DNA of 46,790 bases from Mucilaginibacter sp. (GCA_028287925.1 JAQBOS010000086.1:1-46790); one strand, 5' to 3'. Counted from the stretch's first letter, positions 26,586-37,198 are shown. Notes: generated by a model from the letters alone, not told the origin. Made by a program: numbers and translations.

Positions 26586-26882
26586 ATGAAAAACGTAAAA
26601 CAAATAGCCTTTGGCCTGATTATAGGTTTAATGGCAATCGGGTTTAGTGCATTTACCAATGCGAAACCAAACAAGTCGAAATTCACAACATTTTATTACG
26701 GGCTGAACCATGCCGGTGATACCTATATTAGGTCTACAACTAATCCAGCATCAGGTTGTCACACTGCTTCATTACCTGATTGTGTGATTAGCTATCCTGC
26801 CGATAAGGGAGCAACGCTTGACCCCAATTCTTTACCTACAGGATCAACTGTAGTTAGCGGCCCAGGCTGGGTAAATCCATAA
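26586..26882 (+). CDS. Small secreted two-Cys protein (DUF6520-like)
   Basis: Signal peptide ending GFSAFT; C-x7-C; directly after MauE/DoxX. Confidence 0.75.
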   Translation: MKNVKQIAFGLIIGLMAIGFSAFTNAKPNKSKFTTFYYGLNHAGDTYIRSTTNPASGCHTASLPDCVISYPADKGATLDPNSLPTGSTVVSGPGWVNP

Positions 26883-26889
26883 TTGATTT

Positions 26890-26927
26890 AAAAGGTTGCG
26901 ACCTCACATGAGATCGCAGCCTTTTTT
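26890..26927. terminator. Bidirectional intrinsic terminator
   Basis: AAAAGGTTGCGA..TCGCAGCCTTTTTT between convergent genes. Confidence 0.8.
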
Positions 26928-26928
26928 A

Positions 26929-28398
26929 CTATAGATTACTTTCAATTAATGCTATAAAATCTTTTTTACTTCTTTCATCGAAGGGTTTAGTAGGATTGGC
27001 AGATATGACATTTCCATCCTTGCCTATGATGAGCATACTTGGGAATTCTGTAAACTTATAATGGAGAAAAAAGGTGTCGCGTTGCCCCAAACCTGTTGTC
27101 CGGGCATAAATCGAATGTTTTGTTCCATATTTCCCCAATTTAACACCGGCTTCAAAGGCTCTATCTTCAGTTTGTACGCCATTGACATTGAGGAAAACCA
27201 CATCTTTTCGGGATTTGAAATATTCTGCAATAGGATCTAATTTTTCTGACAATGCAATACAAGGTACACATCCATTTTCATAAGTTTTTAAGATTACTAC
27301 CTTTCCTTGAAAATCATCCAGTTTGATCGCTTGTCTTTTTACCCCGATAAAACTAAAATTATACGCTCTTACTCCCGGTGTTTTTGCCTGTTCTATTTGT
27401 TGTAAAAGCCTTCTGCTGTCGGCATCCCTTACAATTGATATAGCCTCTGGTAAGAGTTTCATTGAGACAGGATCTTGTAGTGCTGCTTCCAGAAAACAAA
27501 ACGGAATTAATTTATCTTTTAGTAAGCCTTGATATTCGCTTTTGATGTTATTATAAATTATTGTAACGGGAGCTAATTGGCTTTTCGACCTAATCATGGC
27601 TACCGTTTTATTTAGTTCAAAAACATATTGAACATACATGTATGAATTTTTAATCAGGAACGGATCTATTATGACAAATCCATTTTGCTGGGTTATCAGA
27701 AAGTTTACTTCCCGTTTGAGATTATTCAAATAAGTGGTATCCGGGAAATAATACGGTAGAGTTATTCTGTTTAAATAGTCTTTGTTTATAGCGCTCGCGG
27801 TATTGGTTCTTAATAAGTCTTTAATTCTGTTATCGTTCAGGGAGGAGTCTTTATTCAGAGAATCGAGGGATAGAGCCATATGCCATATGGCCCGTTTTTT
27901 ATTATCAACCATCATTTGGAGCAGTGAATTGCTATCCTCCGATTTTAATAATTTTAAATCTGAAACGATTAACTTTCCCGCCCAGTGCTGAAAATTCAAT
28001 TTTTCACTTCCTAAGCCGGAAAATCGTACATCATTCTCATGTGCGATATCCATAAAGATACTATCGCCCCTCGCAATCATAAACTGATAAAAAGTCACTG
28101 ACCGGATCATCCTGGCGCCTACACCTACTAAGTCGAAATAACTGATATCATTTTCGGGTTCTATGGTCACGCTGAATTTCCTGTTTTCTATATGGAGCGG
28201 TATTATTTTACAGGATTCCGGATTTTCCCGATTATAATTTGAATAGAATTCAATATAAGGGCCATTCGTGGCTGATCCAATTAAAGAATCAGAAATCTTC
28301 CCTGAAATTATAATTCGGTTGGGAACAATTTTTGTTACACTTTGCGCTAAACTGTTTAAACTGCTTAAAAGCAAAAAAACGCTTATCAATTTTTTCAT
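26929..28398 (-). CDS. Exported TlpA/ResA-like thioredoxin-fold protein
   Basis: Signal peptide MKKLISV (alternative start 28410); FQGKVVIL..GCVPC; FPSMLIIGKDG. Confidence 0.85.
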   Translation of the reverse strand: MKKLISVFLLLSSLNSLAQSVTKIVPNRIIISGKISDSLIGSATNGPYIEFYSNYNRENPESCKIIPLHIENRKFSVTIEPENDISYFDLVGVGARMIRSVTFYQFMIARGDSIFMDIAHENDVRFSGLGSEKLNFQHWAGKLIVSDLKLLKSEDSNSLLQMMVDNKKRAIWHMALSLDSLNKDSSLNDNRIKDLLRTNTASAINKDYLNRITLPYYFPDTTYLNNLKREVNFLITQQNGFVIIDPFLIKNSYMYVQYVFELNKTVAMIRSKSQLAPVTIIYNNIKSEYQGLLKDKLIPFCFLEAALQDPVSMKLLPEAISIVRDADSRRLLQQIEQAKTPGVRAYNFSFIGVKRQAIKLDDFQGKVVILKTYENGCVPCIALSEKLDPIAEYFKSRKDVVFLNVNGVQTEDRAFEAGVKLGKYGTKHSIYARTTGLGQRDTFFLHYKFTEFPSMLIIGKDGNVISANPTKPFDERSKKDFIALIESNL

Positions 28399-28399
28399 T

Positions 28400-29785
28400 T
28401 TATCTAACATTTTGTTTAATGCCGCTCAGGCTAATTTCATCATCTGGAATTGGGAAAACATAAAGCGACGAATTTGGAGGTAGGGTATATACAACGCCAT
28501 TCAGGTTTCTCTGTAATGTAATTTTCGCTCCGTCTCTATTATATCTTTTCAGATCAGACCATCTCAATGCTCTCCATACCAATTCCTTTCTTCTTTCTAA
28601 TAAAATCCGAATTAAGGCATTTGCCGCATTGGAAACCGTAAGAGGAGTGTATGATCCTGTTTTATAGCGGCTTACTAATAATTGATTTAAGACGGCGACT
28701 GCTGTTTGGGTATCATTACTTCGGGCGGCACATTCCGCTTTAATAAGCATAACCTCGTCAGTAGCTAAACCTGTAAAAGCATAAAAGCCACCACCAACAT
28801 ATCCACGTTTTAGATTATAATTGTTAAGGCTGTTTTTCTCAAAAAAAATAGGTAGTCTTAAATCACTTTTATTATACAGCTGTATTAAATTCGTATCCAC
28901 CCCCAAATTTGTATAGTAATCGGTGTAGCCTGTTGTTGCATCGTAATTATAAACCTGAGTTGAAAAAAATATTGTTTCTTCTGTGGTATATGAAAAAGGT
29001 GTTTCAGTTGTGGTGTCTACTTTGTTGTAATCAATTATCGTATTGTATTTCTTTAAGCATTCGTTCGCTGCGTTACCTGCGTCCGTGTATTTTCCCATGT
29101 ACAGATATACTCTTGCAAGCATGGCATATGCGGCGGATCTGGAAGGCCTGTTCGGATTGGTTTTGGAAATGTCATTATTAAGGAGGCTTACCGATAAGTT
29201 TAAATCAGCGATAATCTGATCGAACGTCTGTTGAAGGGTCGAACGTTGAACTGTTACGTCTATACCGGATGACATCCGCAGAGGTATTCCTAAATCTGTT
29301 GTCGCTGTTCCCTGATTATAAACGGGGGAAAAATTACGTGCGAGATCAAAAAAAGCATAGGCGCGAAAAAACAGAGCTTCGCCTGCTATATTATTATATT
29401 GAACTTGATTAGCCGCATTAGTGCCAATTGTTTTAAGTCCATCCAAAACGCTGTTTGCATAAAATACAGCTTTATAAACCTGGTTCCAATCGGGCTGATT
29501 TGTTTCCCCTCCATATAAATCTTTGTTCCATAAGTATGCTCCTTTATAAGTTAAGTTATTTAAAGCATCAAAGTCACTTTGGCTAACAATGAAATATTCA
29601 TCGGAAGACATCTGCGGTAATGCGCCCGTTTGATTTAGTGCTGTGTTATTTTCAAGCAACGCCTGAAAACCATTCAAGGTCGTCGGATTTACAATGTTAG
29701 AACTTGGTTTTGCATCTAAGAAACTCTTTTTACAGGCTCCCAAAAGGAGGGCCCCTAAGAATAAAATTATAATGTGATTTTTCAT
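28400..29785 (-). CDS. susD: SusD/RagB-family lipoprotein
   Basis: Lipobox LGAC, GEALFFRA, ERRKELVWRALRWSDLKR, YVFPIP. Confidence 0.95.
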   Translation of the reverse strand: MKNHIIILFLGALLLGACKKSFLDAKPSSNIVNPTTLNGFQALLENNTALNQTGALPQMSSDEYFIVSQSDFDALNNLTYKGAYLWNKDLYGGETNQPDWNQVYKAVFYANSVLDGLKTIGTNAANQVQYNNIAGEALFFRAYAFFDLARNFSPVYNQGTATTDLGIPLRMSSGIDVTVQRSTLQQTFDQIIADLNLSVSLLNNDISKTNPNRPSRSAAYAMLARVYLYMGKYTDAGNAANECLKKYNTIIDYNKVDTTTETPFSYTTEETIFFSTQVYNYDATTGYTDYYTNLGVDTNLIQLYNKSDLRLPIFFEKNSLNNYNLKRGYVGGGFYAFTGLATDEVMLIKAECAARSNDTQTAVAVLNQLLVSRYKTGSYTPLTVSNAANALIRILLERRKELVWRALRWSDLKRYNRDGAKITLQRNLNGVVYTLPPNSSLYVFPIPDDEISLSGIKQNVR

Positions 29786-29795
29786 AAAGAATCAT

Positions 29796-32700
29796 TTAAA
29801 AGTTTGTGGACAATCCAATTGAAAGTGTTTTGGGATTTACAAAAGCAGAGTAGAGGTAATCCGGATCGAGGCTTTGTTTGGTAGCTTTCCAGAGTATTCC
29901 AACATTATTCAAATAGGCATATATCTGCAGGTTCTTAAAAATCGGTTTGCCAATTAAGGATTTGAAATTGTATGACAGGCGGACATCCTGTAACCGGATA
30001 TTATCAGCCTTCTCCACTAAAGTGCTTGAGCCTTGAAAGAAAGCATTTTGTGCACTATTAAGGGGGTAGATGAGCGCCGGAATATTTGTTTTTAATTCAT
30101 CACCAGGCACCTGCCATCTTTTATCAAAGTCGGCGTAGCTATAACCATAACTGCCAAAAGCATTGCTTCCCGAAAAAACATTAGCCCTGCGAAAATAATA
30201 GTCAAACTTATAAACGATGTTAATGGAAAGTTCAAAGCCGACATAAGTAAAACTGTTGCGAAACGATCCGTAAATTAAAGGGGTCGCCGAACCGTTATAG
30301 GTTAGATTTGAGGCATCTGTAGAACGGGTTATGCCGGTAAAATTTTCGCTAATAATACCATTTAACAAGCCCTGTGGTTTCCCCTTATTATCTAAACCTC
30401 TAAAAGGATAGCTGAATATTGCATTATAAGGGTATCCCTGGAGCGGATTTGCATAATTTCCAATGATTATCTGCGCGTTATTAAGTTGCTTTACTTTGTA
30501 ATTGGTAACAATATCTTTTGTATAACTGAACAGAAATGTGCTTTGCCATCTTAGTTTTGAATTTCCAATACTGTTTTTGTTAAAAACAAAATCTACACCA
30601 GTGGTCTTTGTATCAGCGGCATTGCCTTTAAACTGTGTTATACCGGTCTGTGGCGCAATTGGACTATTTGCAATCAGGTCGATCCCATTTTTGATATAAT
30701 AATCCAGATTACCGGAAAATAGGTTGTTTTTTGTAGCGTAGTCAATCCCAAAATTAATATTTCTATCCTTTTCCCAGCGCAAAGAAGGATTGGGAGGATT
30801 AATGATGTTCGTATATTCAGTATTCCAGAAATTAGCACCGCCATCCTGTGCAGTAAGGTAGGCTGATGTTGTTTTATCTACATTTCCGTTATAACCATAA
30901 GTAACTCTCAATTTTAAAATTGGAAGTGGGTCAAAGTGATAAAAACTTTCTTTGTTTATGTTCCACATTAAACCTGATGACCATAAAGGAACACCTTTTT
31001 GATTGGTACTAACCCCAAATATGTTTGATTCATCGCGCCTGGCACTTGCCGAGAAAGTGTATTTACTTTTAAAAACATACGAAGCATTGGCAAATGCTGA
31101 TCTTGTTCTGTCAATAGTAAAGTTTTTTGAATTTAAATATGGAATAGTAGCAGAGTTATAAGAGCCAAAGTACTCGGGGAAATAATCAATATTATCAACA
31201 GGAAGTGATGAGTCTGTCGAGGGGTCAAAGCCATATAGAGTATTGGCAATTGATGACGACTGGTAGTCTTTAATTTCTACCCCTGCAAGCACATTTAAAT
31301 CATGTTTGTCGCCAAATTTTTTCGCATAATTAATTTGAGCCCTGCCGTAACTTGAGGTGTAACTGCTGTTGCTTGTATTATCGATTCCACCGGATGGAAC
31401 CGGGCTTGTAACATTCCCGGAGGTTGGATCTATTTGGCTAAATGAATTGATTAGATTTCTTGCGTAAAACGAATTGGCGTCATACAGCTGATTGTAATCA
31501 CTAAGTCCTCTCTCATATTGGTAATAGATACCAACATTTAGGCCCTTCAAAATTTGGTAGTTTAGATTTGTATTTAATTTGTAATCCGTAAGATTCGTGC
31601 TCGTGTTATTGGTATTTTCATCAAGCGGACGATAATTCCAGTCAAGCAGGTTACCAGTTCCTGCAGTATCGGTGTACTGCTTTCTTAATCCGGTACTTTG
31701 AACCACCGTAAGATGATTTCCATTTGCATCCGCTAACTGTTCATAGGGATATAGGGGTTTTGTATAGGCATTACCATTGTTTTTTGTTTTGCTTGTTACT
31801 AAAAGTAAGCCAACAGTTAGCTGCAATTTATTTTGGAGCAGATAGTATTTATTATTAGCATTCAGCGTAAACCTATTATAACTGCTACCGGCAATGTTCT
31901 GCAAATCTTTATCATATCCTGCTGAAACATAATAAGTATGTGTTTTACTACCACCGTCTATACTTAACGCGTATTGTTGATTGAACGATGGTCGATAAAT
32001 ATATTTTTGCAGGTCATTTCGTACATCAAGTGTTTTTAGCCGATTAATTTGCGCTGCAGAATCTGCTGTAGAGATTTGGACATTTCGCTTTTGAAGCATA
32101 ATAGCCACAGCGGGCGATATGGTACTGTACCCATCATTAATGGTGTTATTATAGTACCCTCTATTAAATAAATATTGTTCAAGTCCAATGTAATCGGTGG
32201 AACTTATTTGCGACTGATAATACAAATTCGGGCGGCTGGAAACAGTCATACTGGCATTAAAGGAAATGTGAACTTGATCGCTGGGTCTGCCCTTTTTGGT
32301 AGTTATAACTATCACTCCATTTCCGGCTCTAACACCCCATATGCTTGCAGCCGCGGCATCTTTGAGTATTGAAATGCTTTCTACATCATTTGGGTTAATG
32401 TTGGTAATATCTCCATCGTATGGAAAATTATCAACTACAATTAGTGGGTCAGGATTTGCAAATATGGTGCTTCGCCCTCTGATACTTATAGTCGCATTAT
32501 TACCTGTACCTAAACTCTTATTAAAAATTAAACCACTCGTAACACCATCCAACCTATCAAGTATATTTGTACCTACTCTTCGATTTATTAAAGCACTATC
32601 TATTAACACAAAGCTTCCCGTTGCTCGCTCTTTAGGTAAGGTTTGATATCCTGTTGAAACAATACTAACTGCATCTAATTTGGAATCATCTGTTTCCAAC

Positions 32701-33311
32701 ACTATTGTCAAATAACCTGAATCATCCGCAATCGCAATCTCTTTTTTTATAAAACCGATAAAAGAAATCTGCAGAATTGAATTTGGAGAAACATTATCAA
32801 ATGCGAATTCTCCATTTTTGTCGGTTATCGTAAGTTTATTTTCACCCTTTATCCTGATCGTGGCTCCCTGAAGAGCCTGCCCGTTGGTATCAGTGACTTT
32901 CCCCTTTAATGGTATTATTAATAAATGCTTATTTTCAGCAGGCAGCACCTTAAGTTTTGGAGCGTCATAACTGATTACAATTTTATCGTCAATAACCCGA
33001 AATGTTAATGAAAATGGAGCCAACAATTGTTTCAATACCTCTTTTAGTGGCTTGTTTATAGCATGAATGCTAACAGAATTAAGGATAAACTCTTTAGAGT
33101 TACTATAGATGATCGCTACGGATGCTTTTGCTGAAATTTTATCTAAACCCTCCTTTAGGCTTATTTTATCAAAGCTTATCGTAATCCTTTTTTCGAGGTC
33201 TTGGGTGTTTCCTTTTGCTTCAGCCATTGAAGGAAGATTTGCGAAACTATTTATAAAAATTATCAACAGAATCATTTTGATTGTTCGGTAAATGGGTAAT
33301 GTTTTTATCAT
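29796..33311 (-). CDS. susC: SusC/RagA TonB-dependent transporter with N-terminal STN signalling domain
   Basis: TGYQTLPKERATGSF, LKDAAAASIWGVRAGNGVIVITTK, C-terminal Phe. Confidence 0.96.
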   Translation of the reverse strand: MIKTLPIYRTIKMILLIIFINSFANLPSMAEAKGNTQDLEKRITISFDKISLKEGLDKISAKASVAIIYSNSKEFILNSVSIHAINKPLKEVLKQLLAPFSLTFRVIDDKIVISYDAPKLKVLPAENKHLLIIPLKGKVTDTNGQALQGATIRIKGENKLTITDKNGEFAFDNVSPNSILQISFIGFIKKEIAIADDSGYLTIVLETDDSKLDAVSIVSTGYQTLPKERATGSFVLIDSALINRRVGTNILDRLDGVTSGLIFNKSLGTGNNATISIRGRSTIFANPDPLIVVDNFPYDGDITNINPNDVESISILKDAAAASIWGVRAGNGVIVITTKKGRPSDQVHISFNASMTVSSRPNLYYQSQISSTDYIGLEQYLFNRGYYNNTINDGYSTISPAVAIMLQKRNVQISTADSAAQINRLKTLDVRNDLQKYIYRPSFNQQYALSIDGGSKTHTYYVSAGYDKDLQNIAGSSYNRFTLNANNKYYLLQNKLQLTVGLLLVTSKTKNNGNAYTKPLYPYEQLADANGNHLTVVQSTGLRKQYTDTAGTGNLLDWNYRPLDENTNNTSTNLTDYKLNTNLNYQILKGLNVGIYYQYERGLSDYNQLYDANSFYARNLINSFSQIDPTSGNVTSPVPSGGIDNTSNSSYTSSYGRAQINYAKKFGDKHDLNVLAGVEIKDYQSSSIANTLYGFDPSTDSSLPVDNIDYFPEYFGSYNSATIPYLNSKNFTIDRTRSAFANASYVFKSKYTFSASARRDESNIFGVSTNQKGVPLWSSGLMWNINKESFYHFDPLPILKLRVTYGYNGNVDKTTSAYLTAQDGGANFWNTEYTNIINPPNPSLRWEKDRNINFGIDYATKNNLFSGNLDYYIKNGIDLIANSPIAPQTGITQFKGNAADTKTTGVDFVFNKNSIGNSKLRWQSTFLFSYTKDIVTNYKVKQLNNAQIIIGNYANPLQGYPYNAIFSYPFRGLDNKGKPQGLLNGIISENFTGITRSTDASNLTYNGSATPLIYGSFRNSFTYVGFELSINIVYKFDYYFRRANVFSGSNAFGSYGYSYADFDKRWQVPGDELKTNIPALIYPLNSAQNAFFQGSSTLVEKADNIRLQDVRLSYNFKSLIGKPIFKNLQIYAYLNNVGILWKATKQSLDPDYLYSAFVNPKTLSIGLSTNF

Positions 33312-33499
33312 GTTTGACGTGTTTAATTATTTTATTGGTTTATTTAATTAGTCAAAAAGCTTTAGGACAGGCAATAGGAAGTCCATAATGCAAGAGTTCT
33401 ATCTTTTGCAGTGCCTTTATTCAAGTACTTTAATGAATTGATTGCTCGTTTTTGAGCAGGATATTTTAATCTATGTTTGAGGTAATTTGCGTATGAATT

Positions 33500-34543
33500 T
33501 CATTCTTCGCATCCTCCTTTCAATATGTATTTATCCTTTTTAATGACGACTTTAGCATTTATTGCAGCTGCCAGTTGTTCCAATACAATGTTTACTGGTC
33601 TATTGGTATTAAATTCACCATAACACAGGCAGTTCTTTGATTTACTTTCTATTTCAATTGGAATCTTGTAATATCTTGAAAAGTCACCTACTACGTCTTG
33701 AACAGGTGCCCCATCGTAATTTAATATACCATCTTTTCGACTAAGCATTTGACTGGCATTCGGATAATTTATGCTTATTAGGCTGCCATTTATTTTATTA
33801 AATTGGCTTTGATGATTTGGTTTTAGAACTACCGTTTGAGGGCCTACATTCGATAATCCCTTTGCAGTAACTTTTACAATGCCTGTTACAACGGTGACTG
33901 TACTATTTGTTTGTGCTTTAAATGATTGGATATTGAAAGATGTACCTACTACGCGGGTATCCATCCGTCCACTATGAACAACAAACGGATGCTTTTTATC
34001 TTTTGCGACTTCAAAAAAAGCTTCGCCTTCCAGTTTTACCTCACGTAGATTTCCTTTTAACTGATCTGGATATTCGAGAGAACTGGAAGGACTAAGCCAT
34101 ATTTTTGTTCCATCAACCAAAACCAGGGTCTTTCGTTCGCCTTGTTTGGTGTTTATTGTATAGAATTTGACTGGGTGTATAGCTTTCTTAATTTCCCACT
34201 GGAAATAGTTTATCATCAACCCACCAGCTCCAATTATTAAAAACCAGACTGCACAAATCTTGGCCCATTTGTACAACCGTGAATTTTTAGTAGTAGATAG
34301 TTCTCTACTTTGCGTTAAATCTTTAATTAAGTTAGACCTTGTAGTTGCTATTACAGTATCAATATTGGGGTGATCTCTTTTGTCTATTTCGGTGAATTCT
34401 AATTCTGTATTGATTAAAGCGCGTAATACCTCTTCATTTTCAACAATATCAAAATACCTCAATAATCGTTTGATCTCCTCAGGCGTACACCCACTTTCGA
34501 GGTATTTTACAAAAAGGTCGGCAATATCTAATTGATTTTCCAA
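33500..34543 (-). CDS. fecR: FecR-family anti-sigma factor
   Basis: LVDGTKIWL, REVKLEGEAFFEVAKD, VVGTSFNI; one TM helix. Confidence 0.93.
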   Translation of the reverse strand: MENQLDIADLFVKYLESGCTPEEIKRLLRYFDIVENEEVLRALINTELEFTEIDKRDHPNIDTVIATTRSNLIKDLTQSRELSTTKNSRLYKWAKICAVWFLIIGAGGLMINYFQWEIKKAIHPVKFYTINTKQGERKTLVLVDGTKIWLSPSSSLEYPDQLKGNLREVKLEGEAFFEVAKDKKHPFVVHSGRMDTRVVGTSFNIQSFKAQTNSTVTVVTGIVKVTAKGLSNVGPQTVVLKPNHQSQFNKINGSLISINYPNASQMLSRKDGILNYDGAPVQDVVGDFSRYYKIPIEIESKSKNCLCYGEFNTNRPVNIVLEQLAAAINAKVVIKKDKYILKGGCEE

Positions 34544-34632
34544 TGTTGTTTTTTATTCCATCATGCTGCAATTGAAAATCAGGTCTGCTGATAAGAAAAA
34601 TAAATAATTTTTAAAGAGAAAATGGAGTAGGA

Positions 34633-35232
34633 TTATTTTTTATGTAAAATAATCTGTTCTATTATTAACAGAATTGAAATCCCGTTGTTAAGTTGTAAAT
34701 ATTGTTTTAAAGCTTTATTGGCCTTTACGATGTGATCTCTTATTGTAGAAGTGGAGATTCCTAATTCATTGCTCACTTCATCGTAACTTTTGCCTTCCAA
34801 TTTACAAAGAGAATAAACTTGCTTTCTTTGGGGAGAAAGCTTGGCAATCGCGGCATGTAGGAGTTCCCGATCTTGCCTGGAAATGATTATATCCTCCGCA
34901 TTTATATCAAACTCAATATTTGCAATAATTAAATTTTCGATCAAACGATTATCCTTTGCGACTTTCCGGAAGTACATGAAAACCAAATTTTCAGCCACCT
35001 TGTATAAAAATGACTTCAAGGAACCTTCAACTTTTATGGTATTCCTTTTTTCCCAAATCTTTAAAAAAAGGTCTTGCAATAGTTCCTGTGCAATAAATTC
35101 ATCCTTAACTAACCGTAGAATATTTCGGTATAGCTGCTTACTAAATTTGTCATATATTATAGTAAAGGCCCGCTCACTTCCTTGCTGGAGTTGCTGAATT
35201 AGAATGTTTAAATTTTCATTGTCCGAAGTCAT
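34633..35232 (-). CDS. ECF sigma-70 factor (FecI-like)
   Basis: AQELLQDLFLKIW, LSPQRKQVY..EGKSYDEV..TIRDHI; likely start MTSDNE at 35232. Confidence 0.93.
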   Translation of the reverse strand: MTSDNENLNILIQQLQQGSERAFTIIYDKFSKQLYRNILRLVKDEFIAQELLQDLFLKIWEKRNTIKVEGSLKSFLYKVAENLVFMYFRKVAKDNRLIENLIIANIEFDINAEDIIISRQDRELLHAAIAKLSPQRKQVYSLCKLEGKSYDEVSNELGISTSTIRDHIVKANKALKQYLQLNNGISILLIIEQIILHKK

Positions 35233-35330
35233 TTCTTTGCCTCCTGAATTGAAAATCAATGGCAAGCCGAAGGAAATGAAGGCCGGAATACTGCAAATTA
35301 CAATAGGGCCGGTAACCCGCAAAGTCTAAT

Positions 35331-35467
35331 GTCGGCTGGCTCTGGTAAAGCCAACCTTTCCTTGCGGAAAGGTTTCACACATTGACATAAGCGAGCACCA
35401 GCCCTATCGCATGTATAGGGATGAATGCTCCACTTACCGTCGCGTGAAATTTACCAGATTCGCCGGC
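35331..35467. ncRNA. Candidate structured RNA element upstream of the ECF sigma gene
   Basis: Nested stems TCTGGTAAA/TTTACCAGA, AACCTTTCC/GGAAAGGTT, TTTCAC/GTGAAA, GAGCA/TGCTC, CCCTAT/ATAGGG in a GC-rich non-coding patch. Confidence 0.5.
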
Positions 35468-35502
35468 GAGGCTCGTGAGTAGTCTAACTAAATGTAAGAA
35501 TA

Positions 35503-35531
35503 CAAATGTATTAATTTTCTATTGTTACAAA
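35503..35531 (-). promoter_or_regulatory. Bacteroidota primary-sigma promoter reading into the structured element
   Basis: Minus strand TTTG-N17-TACATTTG. Confidence 0.5.
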
Positions 35532-35575
35532 TTATCAAGTGTTTAATTAGCAATATTAAGCAAAGTTGTTTGAAT

Positions 35576-35612
35576 ATCCAAATATTGGGTGTTAAATGCC
35601 CAATATTTGGAT
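35576..35612. promoter_or_regulatory. Perfect 14-bp inverted repeat, candidate operator
   Basis: ATCCAAATATTGGG-N9-CCCAATATTTGGAT upstream of the HTH gene. Confidence 0.6.
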
Positions 35613-35656
35613 GCTGACATGAGGGGTATTTACGCATTACTTTAGGATTTTTGGGA

Positions 35657-36085
35657 ATGGAGGAAAATGATGACTTGGGAAGATACATCCAAGCAAGATT
35701 GCGAGCAAAGAATATTGAAGATAAAGATGTCGCTGCAATTTTAAATATTTCTGTAAAAACAGTTCACAAAATTTATCCCAATAAAGATCTTTATTCTGAA
35801 AGGGTTGCTAAATTTTGTCTAATCCTCAATGAAAATATATTTCTTGACTTTTACGGGAAAAAGGAACCTCTAAAAACGTTGCTCAATAAGGATAGTGTTG
35901 ATTTAATTAGTGAGCTCTCTAAGTCAAAATCTGAAATCGAAGAATATAAAAAGATAGTTGGAATTTTAAATACTCAGTTACTGGAACAAAATTCTTCGAT
36001 AAAAGTACTGCATGAAGAAATAATTGCAAAATCAAATGAGATTTTGAAATTGTTAAATAGAAATAATATATCTCCGGAAAAGTAA
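35657..36085 (+). CDS. XRE/Cro-like HTH protein with C-terminal coiled coil
   Basis: DKDVAAILNISVKTVHKIY; ATG at 35657. Confidence 0.75.
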   Translation: MEENDDLGRYIQARLRAKNIEDKDVAAILNISVKTVHKIYPNKDLYSERVAKFCLILNENIFLDFYGKKEPLKTLLNKDSVDLISELSKSKSEIEEYKKIVGILNTQLLEQNSSIKVLHEEIIAKSNEILKLLNRNNISPEK

Positions 36086-36169
36086 TTGGTTTAGCTCTTT
36101 TAATCGTGAGTCTAATTTTAAAATACTTTTCGCTATGATAGCCAATAAAAGGTGATTCTTCCTATCATT

Positions 36170-36763
36170 TCACAACGGATAATTAGTAGCAACTTTTAAC
36201 TTCTGGTAATCATATGCATTGCTTTTATCTAACAAAGCCAATTCATCATAATATTTATTGGCTAATTCTTTATAATTTTTAAATTGTCTTTTTCTCTCTA
36301 TTATTTGTTGATTATTGTATTTCCAGGATTCATCACCCATAAATCTATTTGTTAATTCCTTGTAAAACTCTGCTCTCAAAACTTTGAGCATAAAATTCTG
36401 CATTTGCAGCGTGATCGCTTTCTCTGCCATGCTTTTTCCTGTTACCAGGTTTTTTAATGCAATTTTATTACCGAGGTCGGGATTTACCGTTATACTATTT
36501 AAACGTATATAAAGGATTGCCCTTAAAAACAAACTGGTTGTATCATTTGGGTGAAGCTTTAAGTTTTTGTCCAGGCTGTCAGTTAAAATAGAATATTTAC
36601 TTACTTGGGGCCTACCTAAAGTTCCATCATTTATATAAATTAAACCGGACCTGAGCTGTATAGGTAATTGTGCTAAGCTGGTAGTCGATTTTATTATTAG
36701 CAAGATAAAAAACAATAAATACGCCTTCGCTTTTTTCTTAGGGTGAAAAGTTAAATATATCAT
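36170..36763 (-). CDS. Hypothetical exported helical protein
   Basis: 197-aa ORF with a signal peptide ending SLA-Q. Confidence 0.7.
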   Translation of the reverse strand: MIYLTFHPKKKAKAYLLFFILLIIKSTTSLAQLPIQLRSGLIYINDGTLGRPQVSKYSILTDSLDKNLKLHPNDTTSLFLRAILYIRLNSITVNPDLGNKIALKNLVTGKSMAEKAITLQMQNFMLKVLRAEFYKELTNRFMGDESWKYNNQQIIERKRQFKNYKELANKYYDELALLDKSNAYDYQKLKVATNYPL

Positions 36764-36815
36764 AAAAAGTTAGTTTTCATTTTTAATTTGTCTTATTTTC
36801 CAGTCCACATAAGGA

Positions 36816-37106
36816 CTAAATCTTTGGACCTTTATATGATTGTAAAGGATCGTCTAAATAAGCTTTATAACGTAAATATTCAATTAAGTCCAATTTTTGA
36901 ATGTTATCCAATTCGTTGTATAATATCACAGCACTATTTCTGAAATCCATGAATTTTATATACCAACCTTTTCGTTCGTCTGAATTGAGCAAACATTCAT
37001 CAATTAATAATTGAATAAGACCAACGATAACATTATAACCCAATTCGTTATAAATTGGATGGTTATCAAAGAACCGCTTCTTTTCACCAGGTGAATTTGC
37101 CTGCAT
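36816..37106 (-). CDS. Hypothetical protein
   Basis: 96-aa ORF in AT-rich DNA, co-oriented with its neighbour. Confidence 0.5.
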   Translation of the reverse strand: MQANSPGEKKRFFDNHPIYNELGYNVIVGLIQLLIDECLLNSDERKGWYIKFMDFRNSAVILYNELDNIQKLDLIEYLRYKAYLDDPLQSYKGPKI

Positions 37107-37198
37107 ACCAGTTACTCTTTATTGCTCTTTAAAATAATTGGTTATCAAACACAAAAATAATTTTTACCTTCTAAAATGCCGTCAAATAGGGTAACCAG

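Noticed and set aside
28400-33311. Polysaccharide utilisation locus
   Set aside because: No glycoside hydrolase, lyase or other CAZyme nearby
35488-35688. 66-aa minus-strand ORF
   Set aside because: Overlaps the promoter, operator IR and start of the HTH gene; no motif
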